Source: Acidilobaceae archaeon (GTDB taxonomy: Archaea > Thermoproteota > Thermoprotei_A > Sulfolobales > Acidilobaceae). From it: DNA of 64,000 nt. The stretch's first letter is position 1; every line of letters begins with the position of its first letter. The position numbers and the translations under genes are program-made. The notes under the pieces were generated by a model. The model had not been told where the DNA came from, searched no databases, and saw nothing but the letters and a program-made list of their open reading frames with translations. This document shows positions 9,197 through 19,488 of the stretch, piece by piece. The stretch covers positions 69,483-133,482 of the forward strand of contig JAWBBK010000002.1 of the NCBI GenBank assembly GCA_038824665.1, in the 5' to 3' direction.

Positions 9197-9961
9197 TTGG
9201 AGAGAGTAAGAGAGCTACTAGACGACTACGGGATCAGTCTAGTCAGAGAAGAGGCAGCTATTTACATCGCTTCAGAAGACGCAGTAGCGATCTCAGACAT
9301 ACACTTTGGCTTTGAGTCAGCTATGACAAGTCTAGGCGTAGTCCTTCCTAAAAGACAACTGAAAAGAGCTCTAGAGGTTTTAGTTAGGCTCAGAACTCTT
9401 ACAGGAGCCTCTAAGCTTATCGTTTGTGGGGATTTGAAACATGTTTTCGAGAAGTTAATTAAACAAGAACGCGAAGAAGTGTCGACATTCATTCAGAGAG
9501 CTTTCGAGCTCGGATTCAAGGAGGTCATAGTGGTTAGAGGGAATCATGACAACTACGTCTCTTCGTTAGTAAAGAAGCTAGGAGCAACATGGATTGAAAA
9601 CTATATAGAATTAGGAAAAGGGATCGTGATCACTCACGGTCATGAGGTTTACGACGTTAAGGGCGAAGCGATAGTGATGGGACATGAACATCCGGTGCTT
9701 GAAATGTCGATAGGAGGTTTCAAAGAGAGACTTCAAGCTTTTTTGATAATTCCTAGAGCTAGCTCGGGTTTTTTCATTGTGCTTCCAGCTATAGGAGAAT
9801 ACCAGTCAGGCAACGTGGTTACGCTCGATAGATCTAGATATCTTTCTCCTTGGATCCAAAAGGAGGCGCTGATAAACGAAGCGATACCCGTAGTAAGCGA
9901 TAAAGACATAGGGACTATAGCTTTACCGAAACTAGAGTTTCTCTTAACCAAAGAACTCTGA
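9197..9961 (+). CDS. Calcineurin-like metallophosphoesterase (ICC-like archaeal family)
   Basis: SDIHFG, GDLKH, GNHD, HGH, GHEHP motifs. Confidence 0.9.
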   Translation: MERVRELLDDYGISLVREEAAIYIASEDAVAISDIHFGFESAMTSLGVVLPKRQLKRALEVLVRLRTLTGASKLIVCGDLKHVFEKLIKQEREEVSTFIQRAFELGFKEVIVVRGNHDNYVSSLVKKLGATWIENYIELGKGIVITHGHEVYDVKGEAIVMGHEHPVLEMSIGGFKERLQAFLIIPRASSGFFIVLPAIGEYQSGNVVTLDRSRYLSPWIQKEALINEAIPVVSDKDIGTIALPKLEFLLTKEL

Positions 9962-9965
9962 TGCT

Positions 9966-10562
9966 CTATAAGAAGCTTTCAGATATCAGACATCCGTTCT
10001 TCTTAAGTGCATCATATATAACGTCTACAGCTTTGGATACCTCTTCTTCACGCTTAGCTCCAGTTATCACCATCTTGCCGCTACTGAATATAAGGAGAAC
10101 CACTGAGGGCTTATCCATTCTGTATATGAGTCCTGGAAACTGCTCAGGTTCATACATGCTACCGGGCAGAGCTAGAGCAGCTTTTTCTAGATCAACAAAA
10201 GTACCTAAGTCAGCTGATGCCACTATGTTCTGTATCTGTATCTGCACCCTCCCGTGAACCGGTATCCCTTTGTTCGTTAACGTCTTTATGATCTTTTTAA
10301 CAGCAAAAACCAATGTGTTTACGCTCTTAGCTCCAGTAACTACCATTTTACCTGATTTAAATATGAGGGCTGTGACTCTTGGCTGATCGAGTCTATATAT
10401 AAGTCCTGGAAACTGATCGGGGTTGTACTCCGATTCAGGAATTCTGGTCTCTATGAGATTTAGGTCTAGCGAGTGTTCGAGAATTACTGTAGCTACTATG
10501 TTTTCTATTTGACTATGAGGCTTAGGTTCTGAAGATGTTCTCTCGCCTGCAGGAAGAGTCAT
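9966..10562 (-). CDS. tbp: TATA-box binding protein
   Basis: Two repeats of NIVA...[12 protein letters not shown]...LIFxSGKMVxTGAK. Confidence 0.98.
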   Translation of the reverse strand: MTLPAGERTSSEPKPHSQIENIVATVILEHSLDLNLIETRIPESEYNPDQFPGLIYRLDQPRVTALIFKSGKMVVTGAKSVNTLVFAVKKIIKTLTNKGIPVHGRVQIQIQNIVASADLGTFVDLEKAALALPGSMYEPEQFPGLIYRMDKPSVVLLIFSSGKMVITGAKREEEVSKAVDVIYDALKKNGCLISESFL

Positions 10563-10748
10563 GTCACATGCTCCCTCCGATTAGACTTTTAGAGTTTTTA
10601 GCAGGGTTTAAAAAGTATCGGCCTAACTACAGCTCAGGTGTACTGGTTGTTGAATTTAACCTGTAGACAGCTTAAAGCTACATCTATGACTTTACAAAAC
10701 ATATAGGCTTTCTTAAGCTGAAGACATGAGGGAGAACCTTTCTAGAAC

Positions 10749-10804
10749 GGGATGAGGAAGCGGGCAGTCTGGGAGCAGGTGACCGGCTCAGACTCACGCT
10801 GACC
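10749..10804 (+). ncRNA. Box C/D methylation guide sRNA
   Basis: C ATGAGGA(10752-58), 12-nt guide, D' GGGA, C' GTGACCG, 13-nt guide, D CTGA(10799-802), GG/CC terminal pairs; C'/D' changes are compensatory. Confidence 0.75.
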
Positions 10805-10824
10805 TTGCGCTGGTGGAACTCTAA

Positions 10825-11283
10825 ATGAAGCTGAGTAGAGGAGCTTTGGTGATTCTAGATTTAGACAGATTTAAAGAGTTCAGCAAAGCCAAAGGGTTTA
10901 GCGAGTACACGCCTAACGAGATAACGGGTTTGTTATCTCATCTTGTTGATGCGTTTGTGAGAAAGTGGAATGGAGTTGTAGTCTATGGGATCGATTGGGA
11001 GAGAGGCACAGAAGAAGCCATCATCGAGATCCCTGAGGTCGAGGCAGAAGAGCTAGAACAAGACCTTATCGAGATAGCTGAAGAGGTTAGGAGAGCTGGA
11101 GCGTCTATAACTATAGTAGCTCTTACAGGATATATTTTCGGAGTTCCCGCTAGGAGCAGAAGAGAGGCTTATAGTGAAGGACTCAGAAGCTACGCTAAGA
11201 AGGTTCTAGAAAAACTCAAGAAGAGAGGCGGCGAAGTAGTTTTCATAAATGGAAGAATAGCTTGGAGAAGACCTCAAGGCTAG
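10825..11283 (+). CDS. Stand-alone GGDEF/nucleotidyl-cyclase-like small protein
   Basis: LVILDLDRFKEF resembles the GGDEF N-terminal D-x-D-x-FK motif; RGTEEAII occupies the RxGGDEFxI position. Confidence 0.6.
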   Translation: MKLSRGALVILDLDRFKEFSKAKGFSEYTPNEITGLLSHLVDAFVRKWNGVVVYGIDWERGTEEAIIEIPEVEAEELEQDLIEIAEEVRRAGASITIVALTGYIFGVPARSRREAYSEGLRSYAKKVLEKLKKRGGEVVFINGRIAWRRPQG

Positions 11284-12419
11284 GGTATTAGAAGAAGCTC
11301 TTCAACACTTAGAGAATAACCGTATTCTTTGGCTATAGCTAAAGCCTCCTCGATCTCCTTAGCGCTCAGTCTCCTAGCTATTTCTTTATATTCTTCTCTG
11401 GCTTTGGGATCAGCGAGAAGAAGATAGTCTGGATGGTATTGATCCATTAGGTTCAGCACCGCTTTTGGTATGTTTTTTGACATCCACTCTAGAACTCTTC
11501 TAGTACAACATTCAATGTGATTAGGCAGAACTAGATGTCTTACTATCATGTTTCCATCGCTTTCGTTATAAGCGATCGAAAGGTTTTTGATAACTACTTC
11601 TACATAGTTTTTACACTTAGAGAGCCTCAAGGCACAAGCGTTGTTACCGTACTTAAAGTCGGGTAACCATATATCTATTATATCAGCTATAAGCTTCATT
11701 CCCTCTTCGCTTAAATACATGTTGCTGTTCCAGAGCTGAGGCTTATTTACATCAAGATACTTGAAGCTCTCTAATATAAAAGGTATATGAGGTATAGGAT
11801 CCCCTCCTACATGGTTTATATTCCTTGCGCCTGTGAAGGCTAGTTCTTCTTGGATCTCTGCTAACTCTTCGGGAGTAACTACTATGTAGTTTTCATCTAC
11901 TCTCTGACTGATCTCCCAGTTCTGACAGAACACACATTTAAGAGGACATCCCCCATAAAATATGGTTCCGCTAGGAACTAGAGGGGCCTCCTCTCCCATA
12001 TGGTGAAAATAGCTGTAAACTATACACTCTCCTGAAACCTTGCAGACCCCTTGTCTACCTGAAGCTCTATTAGCACGACATTTCCACTCACATAAATTAC
12101 AGCTCTCTAAGGTCTTTCTAGAAATAGCTATCTTTACGTCTAAGTAGGACCGAGGAGGCACGCTCTCAGGTAGCTTTTCTCTGTTCTCTTCGATCTCCTT
12201 TAAAAACTTTTTGTACTCTATTGCAAGTCTGTCGTGAAGCCTCCAAAGGTCGTCTAACGTGAGACCCTCTTGATAGGGGTCTTCAGGACTTTCAAGCCTC
12301 TTAGCTATCCTGTATCTGGCAGGTCTTTCACCCCAAAGAACTCTGAAATACCAGCTCAACCTCTGGACTAAAGGCTTATTTCGTAAAACCCTTATTGCAT
12401 CAGGTCTGATTCTTTCCAC
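11280..12419 (-). CDS. Radical SAM protein, PflX-like
   Basis: CNLCEWKC N-terminal cluster, HxGEE, SGTIF, CPLKCVFCQN, PDFKYG, RHLVLP motifs. Confidence 0.9.
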   Translation of the reverse strand: MERIRPDAIRVLRNKPLVQRLSWYFRVLWGERPARYRIAKRLESPEDPYQEGLTLDDLWRLHDRLAIEYKKFLKEIEENREKLPESVPPRSYLDVKIAISRKTLESCNLCEWKCRANRASGRQGVCKVSGECIVYSYFHHMGEEAPLVPSGTIFYGGCPLKCVFCQNWEISQRVDENYIVVTPEELAEIQEELAFTGARNINHVGGDPIPHIPFILESFKYLDVNKPQLWNSNMYLSEEGMKLIADIIDIWLPDFKYGNNACALRLSKCKNYVEVVIKNLSIAYNESDGNMIVRHLVLPNHIECCTRRVLEWMSKNIPKAVLNLMDQYHPDYLLLADPKAREEYKEIARRLSAKEIEEALAIAKEYGYSLSVEELLLIP

Positions 12420-12504
12420 AATATCATCGGAGAGGTATTTGATTATTGTAATCCCCTATACAAGATATTAAGATACGAGAGACTTATAAAAACGAATAGG
12501 GGAG

Positions 12505-14946
12505 TCACTTCCTTCTAGACTTCTCTAGTTTTTCTTCGATTTTTCTGATCCTCTCTAACATGAGTTTTCTCTCTATACTGGCTACAGACATCCTAGTAGA
12601 CACTACAGCATCAGGGTTGACGCTTATTGAGTCTATGCCTTCTCTAACCAAGAACTCTACTATTTCTGGATAGACGCTTGGAGCCTGTCCACATATGCTA
12701 CTAGTTATTCCGTTTCTCTTAGCAGCTCTTATCACTTTTCTTATAGCTTTCAAAACAGCTGGGTCTCTCTCATCGAAATAGCCCATTTTAGCCAAGAGAC
12801 CGCTATCTCTATCGGCTCCTAATATGAGTTGAGTGAGGTCATTGCTTCCGATGCTAAAACCGTCAACCATCTTGGCGAACTCGTCAGCCAAGAACACGGT
12901 GCTAGGAACTTCAACCATGATCCAGACTTTGAAGTCTCTTGACCTAGCCAAACCTTCGCTCTCCATGATCTTGAGAGCTTTCTCGAGCTCCCAAGTAGTT
13001 CTAACGAAGGGGAACATCACCCAAACGTTCTTTAAACCCCACTCATCTCTTACCTTCTTAATCGCTTTAACTTCAAGTCTAAACGCAGGCTCGTACTGAG
13101 GGCTTATGTATCTAGCTACCCCTCTCCATCCGATCATAGGATTGCGTTCTTCAAGAGTTTCATATTTTTCAGCTCCTTTAAGTCTGGCATACTCGTTAGT
13201 TCTGAAGTCGCTGAACCTAACGACGACTGGTCTCGGATATATAGCGCTAGCCACCTTAGCTATACCTTCCGCTAGTTTATCTACGAAGAGGTCGCCACGT
13301 CCATGTTCTATCAAGTACAGCGGGTGATACTCGATCCAGCTGGCTATTATGAACTCTATCCGCATGAGCCCTATTCCATCGAACGGCAGATGCTTGTATC
13401 TATCTATTTCTGCAGGCTGGCCTAAGTTCATGTAGATCTTCGTAGCTGTAGTCGGATAGGCGGGAATCAAGACTTCAGCTGGAGCTGTTGGTGCCTTCTC
13501 CTCCTCGACCTTGATCACTCCCTCATAGACAACTCCTTTAGATCCGTCTACAGTGATGTCGGTCTCGTCTTTAATGACCTTGGTAGCATTACCTGCTCCA
13601 ACCACTGCTGGAATTCCTAGCTCTCTCGCTACTATAGCGGCATGAGCAGTTATGCCGCCTTCGTCAGTCACTATGGCTGAAGCGAGTTTCATGTAAGGGA
13701 CCCAGTCAGGGTCTGTCATTTTAGTGATCAAGATGTCTCCTTTCTTCATTTTTTTCGCTGCTTCTTCTACGCTCAGCGCGATCTTAGCTTTACCCCAAGC
13801 TATTCCAGGACTAGCTGGTATCCCTCTTACTATTATCTTTGCTGAAGTTACTTCTTTAGCTTCGGCTACGGCTTTTTTCATCTTTTTAGAACTCCAAACG
13901 GTTTCAGGTCTTGCCTGTACTATCATTACGTTATGAGGGAACTCAAGGTCTGCGTCTACAGCCCACTCTATATCTAAAGGTACGCCGAAGTAGGATTCGG
14001 CTTTGAGGGCGAGCTTAGCTAAGTACTTGATCTCTTCTTCATTAAGCGCAGAGGTCTCGGGCTTTATGTCATGTTTTTCAAGAAGTTCCGCGATCTTAGG
14101 TTTATCTGCGTATAGCTTAGCTAACTCTATATCGTTTTCAGGTATCTCCACTTCCACGTTTCTATTAGAACTGGGATCGAAGAAAAGACCTCTAGACTTT
14201 CTGCTTATCTTCTTCTCGATAATATTCAGCGAGGTTTTGTCTACAATATATCTGTCAGGCGTAGCTTTGCCTGAAACTAAGAGTTCACCTAGTCCCCATA
14301 TGGCTTCTATGACTATTTTGTCCTCTGCTCCTGTAACTGGGTGTATTGTGAAAATGACCCCACTGCTTCTGCTATTGACCATTTTCTGAACTACTACAGC
14401 CATATAAGCTCTTTTGTGTTCTACATTCACGCTATCTCTATACATTATGGCTCTAGGAGTCCAGAGACTACTCCAAGCTTTTTTCACCATTTCAACTACC
14501 TTTTCGACGCCACTCACATTAAGATAGGTCTCCTGCTGACCGGCGAAGCTAGCCGTAGGAAGGTCTTCTGCTGTAGCGCTACTTCTTATGGCTACACGTA
14601 CGTTATCGGCTCCTAACTTCTTACAAAGATCCAAGTACGCTCTCTTAATGGCTTCGGCTAGCTCACTAGGCATAGGAGTCTCATCGAACTTAGCTCTAAT
14701 AAGCCTACTGGCTTCTTCATATTCTTTAGGGTCTCTGCTACTAATTACATTCTTCAAAACCTCTTGAATGTAGTCCTCTAGTCCTGTTCTACTCACAAAA
14801 AGCTTGTACGCTTCTGACGTTATAACGAAGCCAGGAGGAACAGGGAGACCAGCTTTAATAAGTTTGCCAAGACCACTTGCCTTACCTCCAATTAGAGCTA
14901 TATCTTCAGGGTTTAGTTCGTCTAACCAGAGGGTCAGAGAACCCAC
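12505..14946 (-). CDS. ppsA: Phosphoenolpyruvate synthase (pyruvate, water dikinase)
   Basis: GGK, [20 protein letters not shown], QARPET, [13 protein letters not shown] phospho-His, SIGSNDL, CGQ. Confidence 0.97.
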   Translation of the reverse strand: MGSLTLWLDELNPEDIALIGGKASGLGKLIKAGLPVPPGFVITSEAYKLFVSRTGLEDYIQEVLKNVISSRDPKEYEEASRLIRAKFDETPMPSELAEAIKRAYLDLCKKLGADNVRVAIRSSATAEDLPTASFAGQQETYLNVSGVEKVVEMVKKAWSSLWTPRAIMYRDSVNVEHKRAYMAVVVQKMVNSRSSGVIFTIHPVTGAEDKIVIEAIWGLGELLVSGKATPDRYIVDKTSLNIIEKKISRKSRGLFFDPSSNRNVEVEIPENDIELAKLYADKPKIAELLEKHDIKPETSALNEEEIKYLAKLALKAESYFGVPLDIEWAVDADLEFPHNVMIVQARPETVWSSKKMKKAVAEAKEVTSAKIIVRGIPASPGIAWGKAKIALSVEEAAKKMKKGDILITKMTDPDWVPYMKLASAIVTDEGGITAHAAIVARELGIPAVVGAGNATKVIKDETDITVDGSKGVVYEGVIKVEEEKAPTAPAEVLIPAYPTTATKIYMNLGQPAEIDRYKHLPFDGIGLMRIEFIIASWIEYHPLYLIEHGRGDLFVDKLAEGIAKVASAIYPRPVVVRFSDFRTNEYARLKGAEKYETLEERNPMIGWRGVARYISPQYEPAFRLEVKAIKKVRDEWGLKNVWVMFPFVRTTWELEKALKIMESEGLARSRDFKVWIMVEVPSTVFLADEFAKMVDGFSIGSNDLTQLILGADRDSGLLAKMGYFDERDPAVLKAIRKVIRAAKRNGITSSICGQAPSVYPEIVEFLVREGIDSISVNPDAVVSTRMSVASIERKLMLERIRKIEEKLEKSRRK

Positions 14947-15113
14947 TCGCTACACCGTTATCTTCCATGTGCTAGTTAACCTTTATACGTTACGAAAAAT
15001 AATTAGTATTGAACAGAAAAGTTCAAAGTCAGAGAAGTTAAAGCCGATCTTTTCCTCGTAGATTAAGTGAAAAGGTTTAAGAAAAAAAGGTGAGAAGGTA
15101 GGCTAGAGGCAAG

Positions 15114-15569
15114 TTGAAAGTGACACAGTTCAACTCGTACATACTGCTTTTAGACTGTCCTAACTTGACGCTAAAGACTAGAGCTAGGACTTTTGAGATC
15201 TCTGAAGGAGTTTACGCTTATGTGGGTTCGTGTGGAGTTAGTTGTTGTAAGAGAGTTTTCAGACACTATACTGAAAAGAAGAAGATGTTCTGGCATATAG
15301 ACTATCTTACCGTTAGATGTAGAAAGCTAGGGTTTTATCTGTTAAAAACTCCTGAAACCGAGGTCTCTAACTATCTAGCGAAAAGTCTCAGAGGCGTTCA
15401 CGGTTTTGGCTCTTCTGACGATAAGAGAGTCTCTAGTCATCTCTTTAGAGTACAAGAAGACTTCAACCTCTTCCTCTCCAAGCTGGAGTCCTATGTGTTT
15501 CTGAAAGCTGAAAAAGATAGAGAAGCTTTAGAGATGTGTTTCAAAGCTACAAGAGATCCAGTCTTATAA
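15114..15569 (+). CDS. DUF123 / Uri (GIY-YIG superfamily) endonuclease-like protein
   Basis: GVYAYVGS, RVFRH, WHIDYL, GFGSSD, SHL motifs. Confidence 0.8.
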   Translation: MKVTQFNSYILLLDCPNLTLKTRARTFEISEGVYAYVGSCGVSCCKRVFRHYTEKKKMFWHIDYLTVRCRKLGFYLLKTPETEVSNYLAKSLRGVHGFGSSDDKRVSSHLFRVQEDFNLFLSKLESYVFLKAEKDREALEMCFKATRDPVL

Positions 15570-15605
15570 TCTCACATTTGTTCTTTCGGGCTTGGGTGTA
15601 AAAAA

Positions 15606-16922
15606 TTGAGCAGAGAGGTCAGACTTCCAAGAGGCTTTAGAGACTTCCCTCCTGAAGTTATGATAGTCAGAAAGAAAGTCATAGAAAAAATAGCTTCTGT
15701 ATTCGAGCGTTATGGGTTCGATCCTATCGATACTTCGATCATTGAGTACTGGGAGACTCTAGCGGGAAAATATGGAGAAGAAGCGGAGTCCAAGCTGATA
15801 TGGAGATTTAAAGACCCCTGGAGCGAACGGGAGTACGCTCTCAGATACGATCTAACTGTGCCTCTAGCTAGGTTCATAGCTATGAGACCCGATATCTCAT
15901 TACCCTTCAAGAGATATCACATAGCACCTGTGTGGAGACATGAAGAGCCTCAAAAGGGTAGATATAGAGAGTTCTATCAGTGCGATGCAGACATAGTCGG
16001 AAGCCCATATCCAGAAGCCGATGCCGAGATATTAGATCTAGTTGTAGACGTGCTCAAAGAGATAGGCTTCAGAGACTTCAAGGTACTCATTAATGACAGA
16101 AGGATATTATCTGGAGTGTTTGAGAACGAGCTGAGACTATCGGACCCGATTCCAGTTTACAGGATCATAGATAAGTTAGACAAGATCGGAGCTGAGGGAG
16201 TTCGAAAAGAGCTAGTCGACAAGAAGTATTCAGAGGAGTTAGTGAATGCGATAATGAAGCTGATCGAAATTCGAGGAAATCCTTTTGAAAGCCTTGAAGT
16301 GCTCTGTTCTAAGTACTCAGCTAATACAAACGTTCAGAAAGGTTGCAAACACCTGCTGGAAGCTCTTGATCTAGTCAATAACGTTGAGTACATAGAGTTC
16401 GATATGAGCTTAGTAAGAGGGCTAGATTACTACACAGGACCGATCTTCGAAGCTGTGCTCTCAACTCCAAAAATAGGAAGTATTGCTGGCGGAGGGAGAT
16501 ATGACAACCTGATAGGACTCTTTACAAACAAAGAGATCCCCGCTACAGGAGTCAGTTTAGGTTTAGAGAGGATCATAGATGCTGGCTTGGAGTTAGGCTT
16601 GATATCGTTATCGAAGCTTACAGTAACGGAGGCTCAAGTTATAGTAATAGACTGGAGCTTTCTAAAATACGCCTGGAAGGTCTTGAAGATCTTAAGAAGC
16701 AATGGGATCAAGGCGAGGATAGATCTGTCTCGCTTAAGTGAAGAAGCTCAAAGAAGGAGAGCCAAGAGGCTAAGAGTTCCTGTGTTGGTCTTTGTTGGTC
16801 AGAGAGAGGTAGAGACGAACACAGCTACAGTGTACCATACAGCTAGCGGTAGACGAGAAGTAGTAAGTCTCGACGAACTTCCGAAGATCGTAAATCTCTT
16901 ATTAGATCAGGAGAGGTCTTAA
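15606..16922 (+). CDS. hisS: Histidyl-tRNA synthetase
   Basis: RGFRDF, LRYDLTVP, GRYREFYQ, LVRGLDYYTG, GGGRYD. Confidence 0.97.
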   Translation: MSREVRLPRGFRDFPPEVMIVRKKVIEKIASVFERYGFDPIDTSIIEYWETLAGKYGEEAESKLIWRFKDPWSEREYALRYDLTVPLARFIAMRPDISLPFKRYHIAPVWRHEEPQKGRYREFYQCDADIVGSPYPEADAEILDLVVDVLKEIGFRDFKVLINDRRILSGVFENELRLSDPIPVYRIIDKLDKIGAEGVRKELVDKKYSEELVNAIMKLIEIRGNPFESLEVLCSKYSANTNVQKGCKHLLEALDLVNNVEYIEFDMSLVRGLDYYTGPIFEAVLSTPKIGSIAGGGRYDNLIGLFTNKEIPATGVSLGLERIIDAGLELGLISLSKLTVTEAQVIVIDWSFLKYAWKVLKILRSNGIKARIDLSRLSEEAQRRRAKRLRVPVLVFVGQREVETNTATVYHTASGRREVVSLDELPKIVNLLLDQERS

Positions 16923-16925
16923 GAC

Positions 16926-17924
16926 CTAGAACTCTTCTTCGCGTAATATAGTCCTACTTCTCGTTGGATAAGCCTCTATCAAGAAGGCTTTACAATCGTT
17001 TTCTCTAGCTAGCTTCTTAAGGAGTTCTTCATTTGGAGGAATACACGTTCTGTTCTTTCTGCACTCCTCACCTACACCAGCGAGCGGTTCTTTACACTCT
17101 AGTTCGCCCCATAGCACAGTTCCATCTTCGGTTGGCTCTTCAAACCATTTGAAATCGTTCTTAGCTGTTCTCCTCATTCTGTTTTTTAGTTGAACAGAGT
17201 CCTTAAAGCTGACAGGACAGAAGTGAACGGCTAGGCTCACGTTGTCCTTAGCCCATTTCATTACTTCGAGCGCAGCCTTCAGCGCTCCCTCTACGGCATA
17301 AGGTCTAGACCTGCTAGGTCTTAGTCCTCTCATGAACAGCTTTTTCAAGTTCTTCTCGCTTACCTCCATTTCGTTGAGATTAACGAACTTAGCTCCGATC
17401 TTCGAGGCCTCTCTCACTACGCTCTTGGCCCACTCTTCTAGTCCAGGGGCGATCGGTATCTCGAAGCCTACACTCATTCCTGTTTCCTTAGCGGCAAACT
17501 CAGCGAGTTCGAAAGCTCTAGGAGCTACTGGGTGAAACCTTATTTCATCTAGACCTACATCCCATAGCTTGAGAATATGACCTCGCGATCCTTGAGAACC
17601 ACTTGTGTAGAGGTGTATGTGGAAGCTCTCTCCAAAGTGTTCTTTGAGTGTTGTGATAATTTTCACAACTCTATCCAATACTATAAAAGGCTCTCCTCCC
17701 GTTATCCCAGCTCCTAAAGCAGACATCCTATTTACCTCTATTACGATATCATTTAAGCTATAGACCCTCTCTTCGTTCACATAGGTCACGTCTAGTCTCC
17801 ATCTCTCTGGGCTTATAGGACAGTAGAAACAGTCTTCTGGACAAAGTCCTGTAACGAAGATCACGGCTTTGGAGCCTAGATCGCAGAGTTCACAACCTTT
17901 CGCGAGACCGTAGGATGTTCTCAA
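16926..17924 (-). CDS. Radical SAM protein (conserved archaeal, PFL-activase-related)
   Basis: GCELC, TGLCPEDCFYCP, ITGGEP, HLYT, LDEIRFH, NLNE motifs. Confidence 0.88.
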   Translation of the reverse strand: MRTSYGLAKGCELCDLGSKAVIFVTGLCPEDCFYCPISPERWRLDVTYVNEERVYSLNDIVIEVNRMSALGAGITGGEPFIVLDRVVKIITTLKEHFGESFHIHLYTSGSQGSRGHILKLWDVGLDEIRFHPVAPRAFELAEFAAKETGMSVGFEIPIAPGLEEWAKSVVREASKIGAKFVNLNEMEVSEKNLKKLFMRGLRPSRSRPYAVEGALKAALEVMKWAKDNVSLAVHFCPVSFKDSVQLKNRMRRTAKNDFKWFEEPTEDGTVLWGELECKEPLAGVGEECRKNRTCIPPNEELLKKLARENDCKAFLIEAYPTRSRTILREEEF

Positions 17925-17991
17925 GGACCTTCCTAGAGTGTTTGAGTTTCAACTTGAACGCTTATAACGTTCCTCAAACGCTATTATATTA

Positions 17992-19251
17992 TTGTACTAC
18001 TTCAACGGTGATCTCTCTCTGGGGTCTAGCTTGCCAAGAGTTGCAACGATAGCGTTAATAGCGCTTTTGCTTATAAGTGGGGTTGTACTTCAAGCTACGT
18101 CTTTTACCTTGCTTTATCAAGCTCTAGACGAAGACGTAGACAGTTATACCAACATCGTTATTTTGGATGGATTTAGCTACTTCATAGGCTCAAAGAGCGG
18201 TTACCTCGTTATAACCCGATTGAACTTGCTAGACTTCTCCAAAGGTTATGAGAGGGTAGCGTATCATAGAGTTCTTACTGGCAACCTCTACATACTCGAT
18301 GTTGTTTATGAAGCTGACAGCCTTCAGGTTCTAGCTGCGTCTACCGAAGAGACGAGGACTGCGCTTTATCACATAACCGTATCTCCAGCTTCGGGCAGAG
18401 TTATCGTTGACTCCGTTGTCTCCATGCCTCTTGATTTCAGAGTCCTTCGCGGGTCTTTGTGGAGAGGTTTGGCAGTAGCTGTAGGTCTTTGGAACAACAG
18501 CCTAACTGTAATTAGAGCAAGTCCTACTGGTGTTGAGTGGACGACGCGACTAGGGCCAGAGCCTCGTCCAGCACCTTTGGTTTGTGTTTCGCTTAGAAGC
18601 GATGGAGCAGCTTTAATTGCGGTCTCTTCGAATCATGGAGCTGATCTATATGTCGTCTCGCCAGCCGGAAACGTCGTTAGACATTTGGCTTATAACGCCA
18701 CAGCTCCCATATTGATTTACGACTGTAAGCAGATCGGGTTGGCTTTTGTGATAGCGGGAGGTTTAGTTCTGGGAGAATTAATACATCCTATTTTAGTTTA
18801 TACTACACTCGATGAGCCTGTGAGAGCAGGACACACCATAATAGGAGACATGACTGGAGTCGTCACAGCAGTTGCTAGCGAAGAAGACAAAGTCTATGCG
18901 GCTCTTGTGACTAAGAATTCGACACTGGTAGCACTCTATAAGTTCTCTTTAGAGGAAGGGTTTAACTTAGAAAGAGCAGTTAACATAAACGAAGTAGCTG
19001 GAAGAGAAGTCCTCGGGCTAGCGTTAGCGGTTTTCAATTCTACCTTAATGATGACTGGAGCTTTAATGAAAGGTTCAGGTGCTTACTTGGCTGTTATAAA
19101 ATATGTGGAGGAGAAGCCAAGACTATCAGAGTCTTTAGCTTCAGTTCTCATATTTTCATCGATTATAGTCTTAGCGGCCATGATGATAGTCCTTGTTGCG
19201 ACTTTCATTAAAAAGAGGTTTAGAAAAAACAAAGTCAAGGAGGTTCAGTAG
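17992..19251 (+). CDS. Hypothetical secreted, C-terminally membrane-anchored protein
   Basis: Signal-peptide-like N-terminus, beta-rich body, C-terminal TM helix followed by KKRFRKNK; start probably TTG ~18031. Confidence 0.7.
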   Translation: MYYFNGDLSLGSSLPRVATIALIALLLISGVVLQATSFTLLYQALDEDVDSYTNIVILDGFSYFIGSKSGYLVITRLNLLDFSKGYERVAYHRVLTGNLYILDVVYEADSLQVLAASTEETRTALYHITVSPASGRVIVDSVVSMPLDFRVLRGSLWRGLAVAVGLWNNSLTVIRASPTGVEWTTRLGPEPRPAPLVCVSLRSDGAALIAVSSNHGADLYVVSPAGNVVRHLAYNATAPILIYDCKQIGLAFVIAGGLVLGELIHPILVYTTLDEPVRAGHTIIGDMTGVVTAVASEEDKVYAALVTKNSTLVALYKFSLEEGFNLERAVNINEVAGREVLGLALAVFNSTLMMTGALMKGSGAYLAVIKYVEEKPRLSESLASVLIFSSIIVLAAMMIVLVATFIKKRFRKNKVKEVQ

Positions 19252-19288
19252 CTCATCTCGAAAGAGACAACGTGAACTTTTTTGAGAA

Positions 19289-19352
19289 GGTCAGATGGAC
19301 TAGGATTCTTCATCGATAAGACTCAGCAGTCCGGGTTCTACTCTCCATCATA
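19289..19352 (-). ncRNA. Box C/D guide sRNA, probably tRNA-targeting
   Basis: Minus strand: C ATGATGG, guide ..GAACCCGGACTG, D' CTGA, C' ATGAAGA, guide ATCCTAGTCCAT, D CTGA; TATA TTTATAAA at 19382-19375. Confidence 0.75.
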
Positions 19353-19488
19353 TTAACTGTCTAAAGGCTGGAAATTTATAAAGAGCGAGCCTTTAGCACA
19401 ATAGGTCTTTTGAGCGAAATACATCTAACGAACAGAACTTTATAGGAAAGAAAGCTAGAGGGCTCTATCAAGCTTTAGGAAACCTTAC

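Noticed and set aside
12505-14946. Intein or large insertion in PEP synthase
   Set aside because: Length is ordinary; only a short charged insert, with no intein terminal motifs
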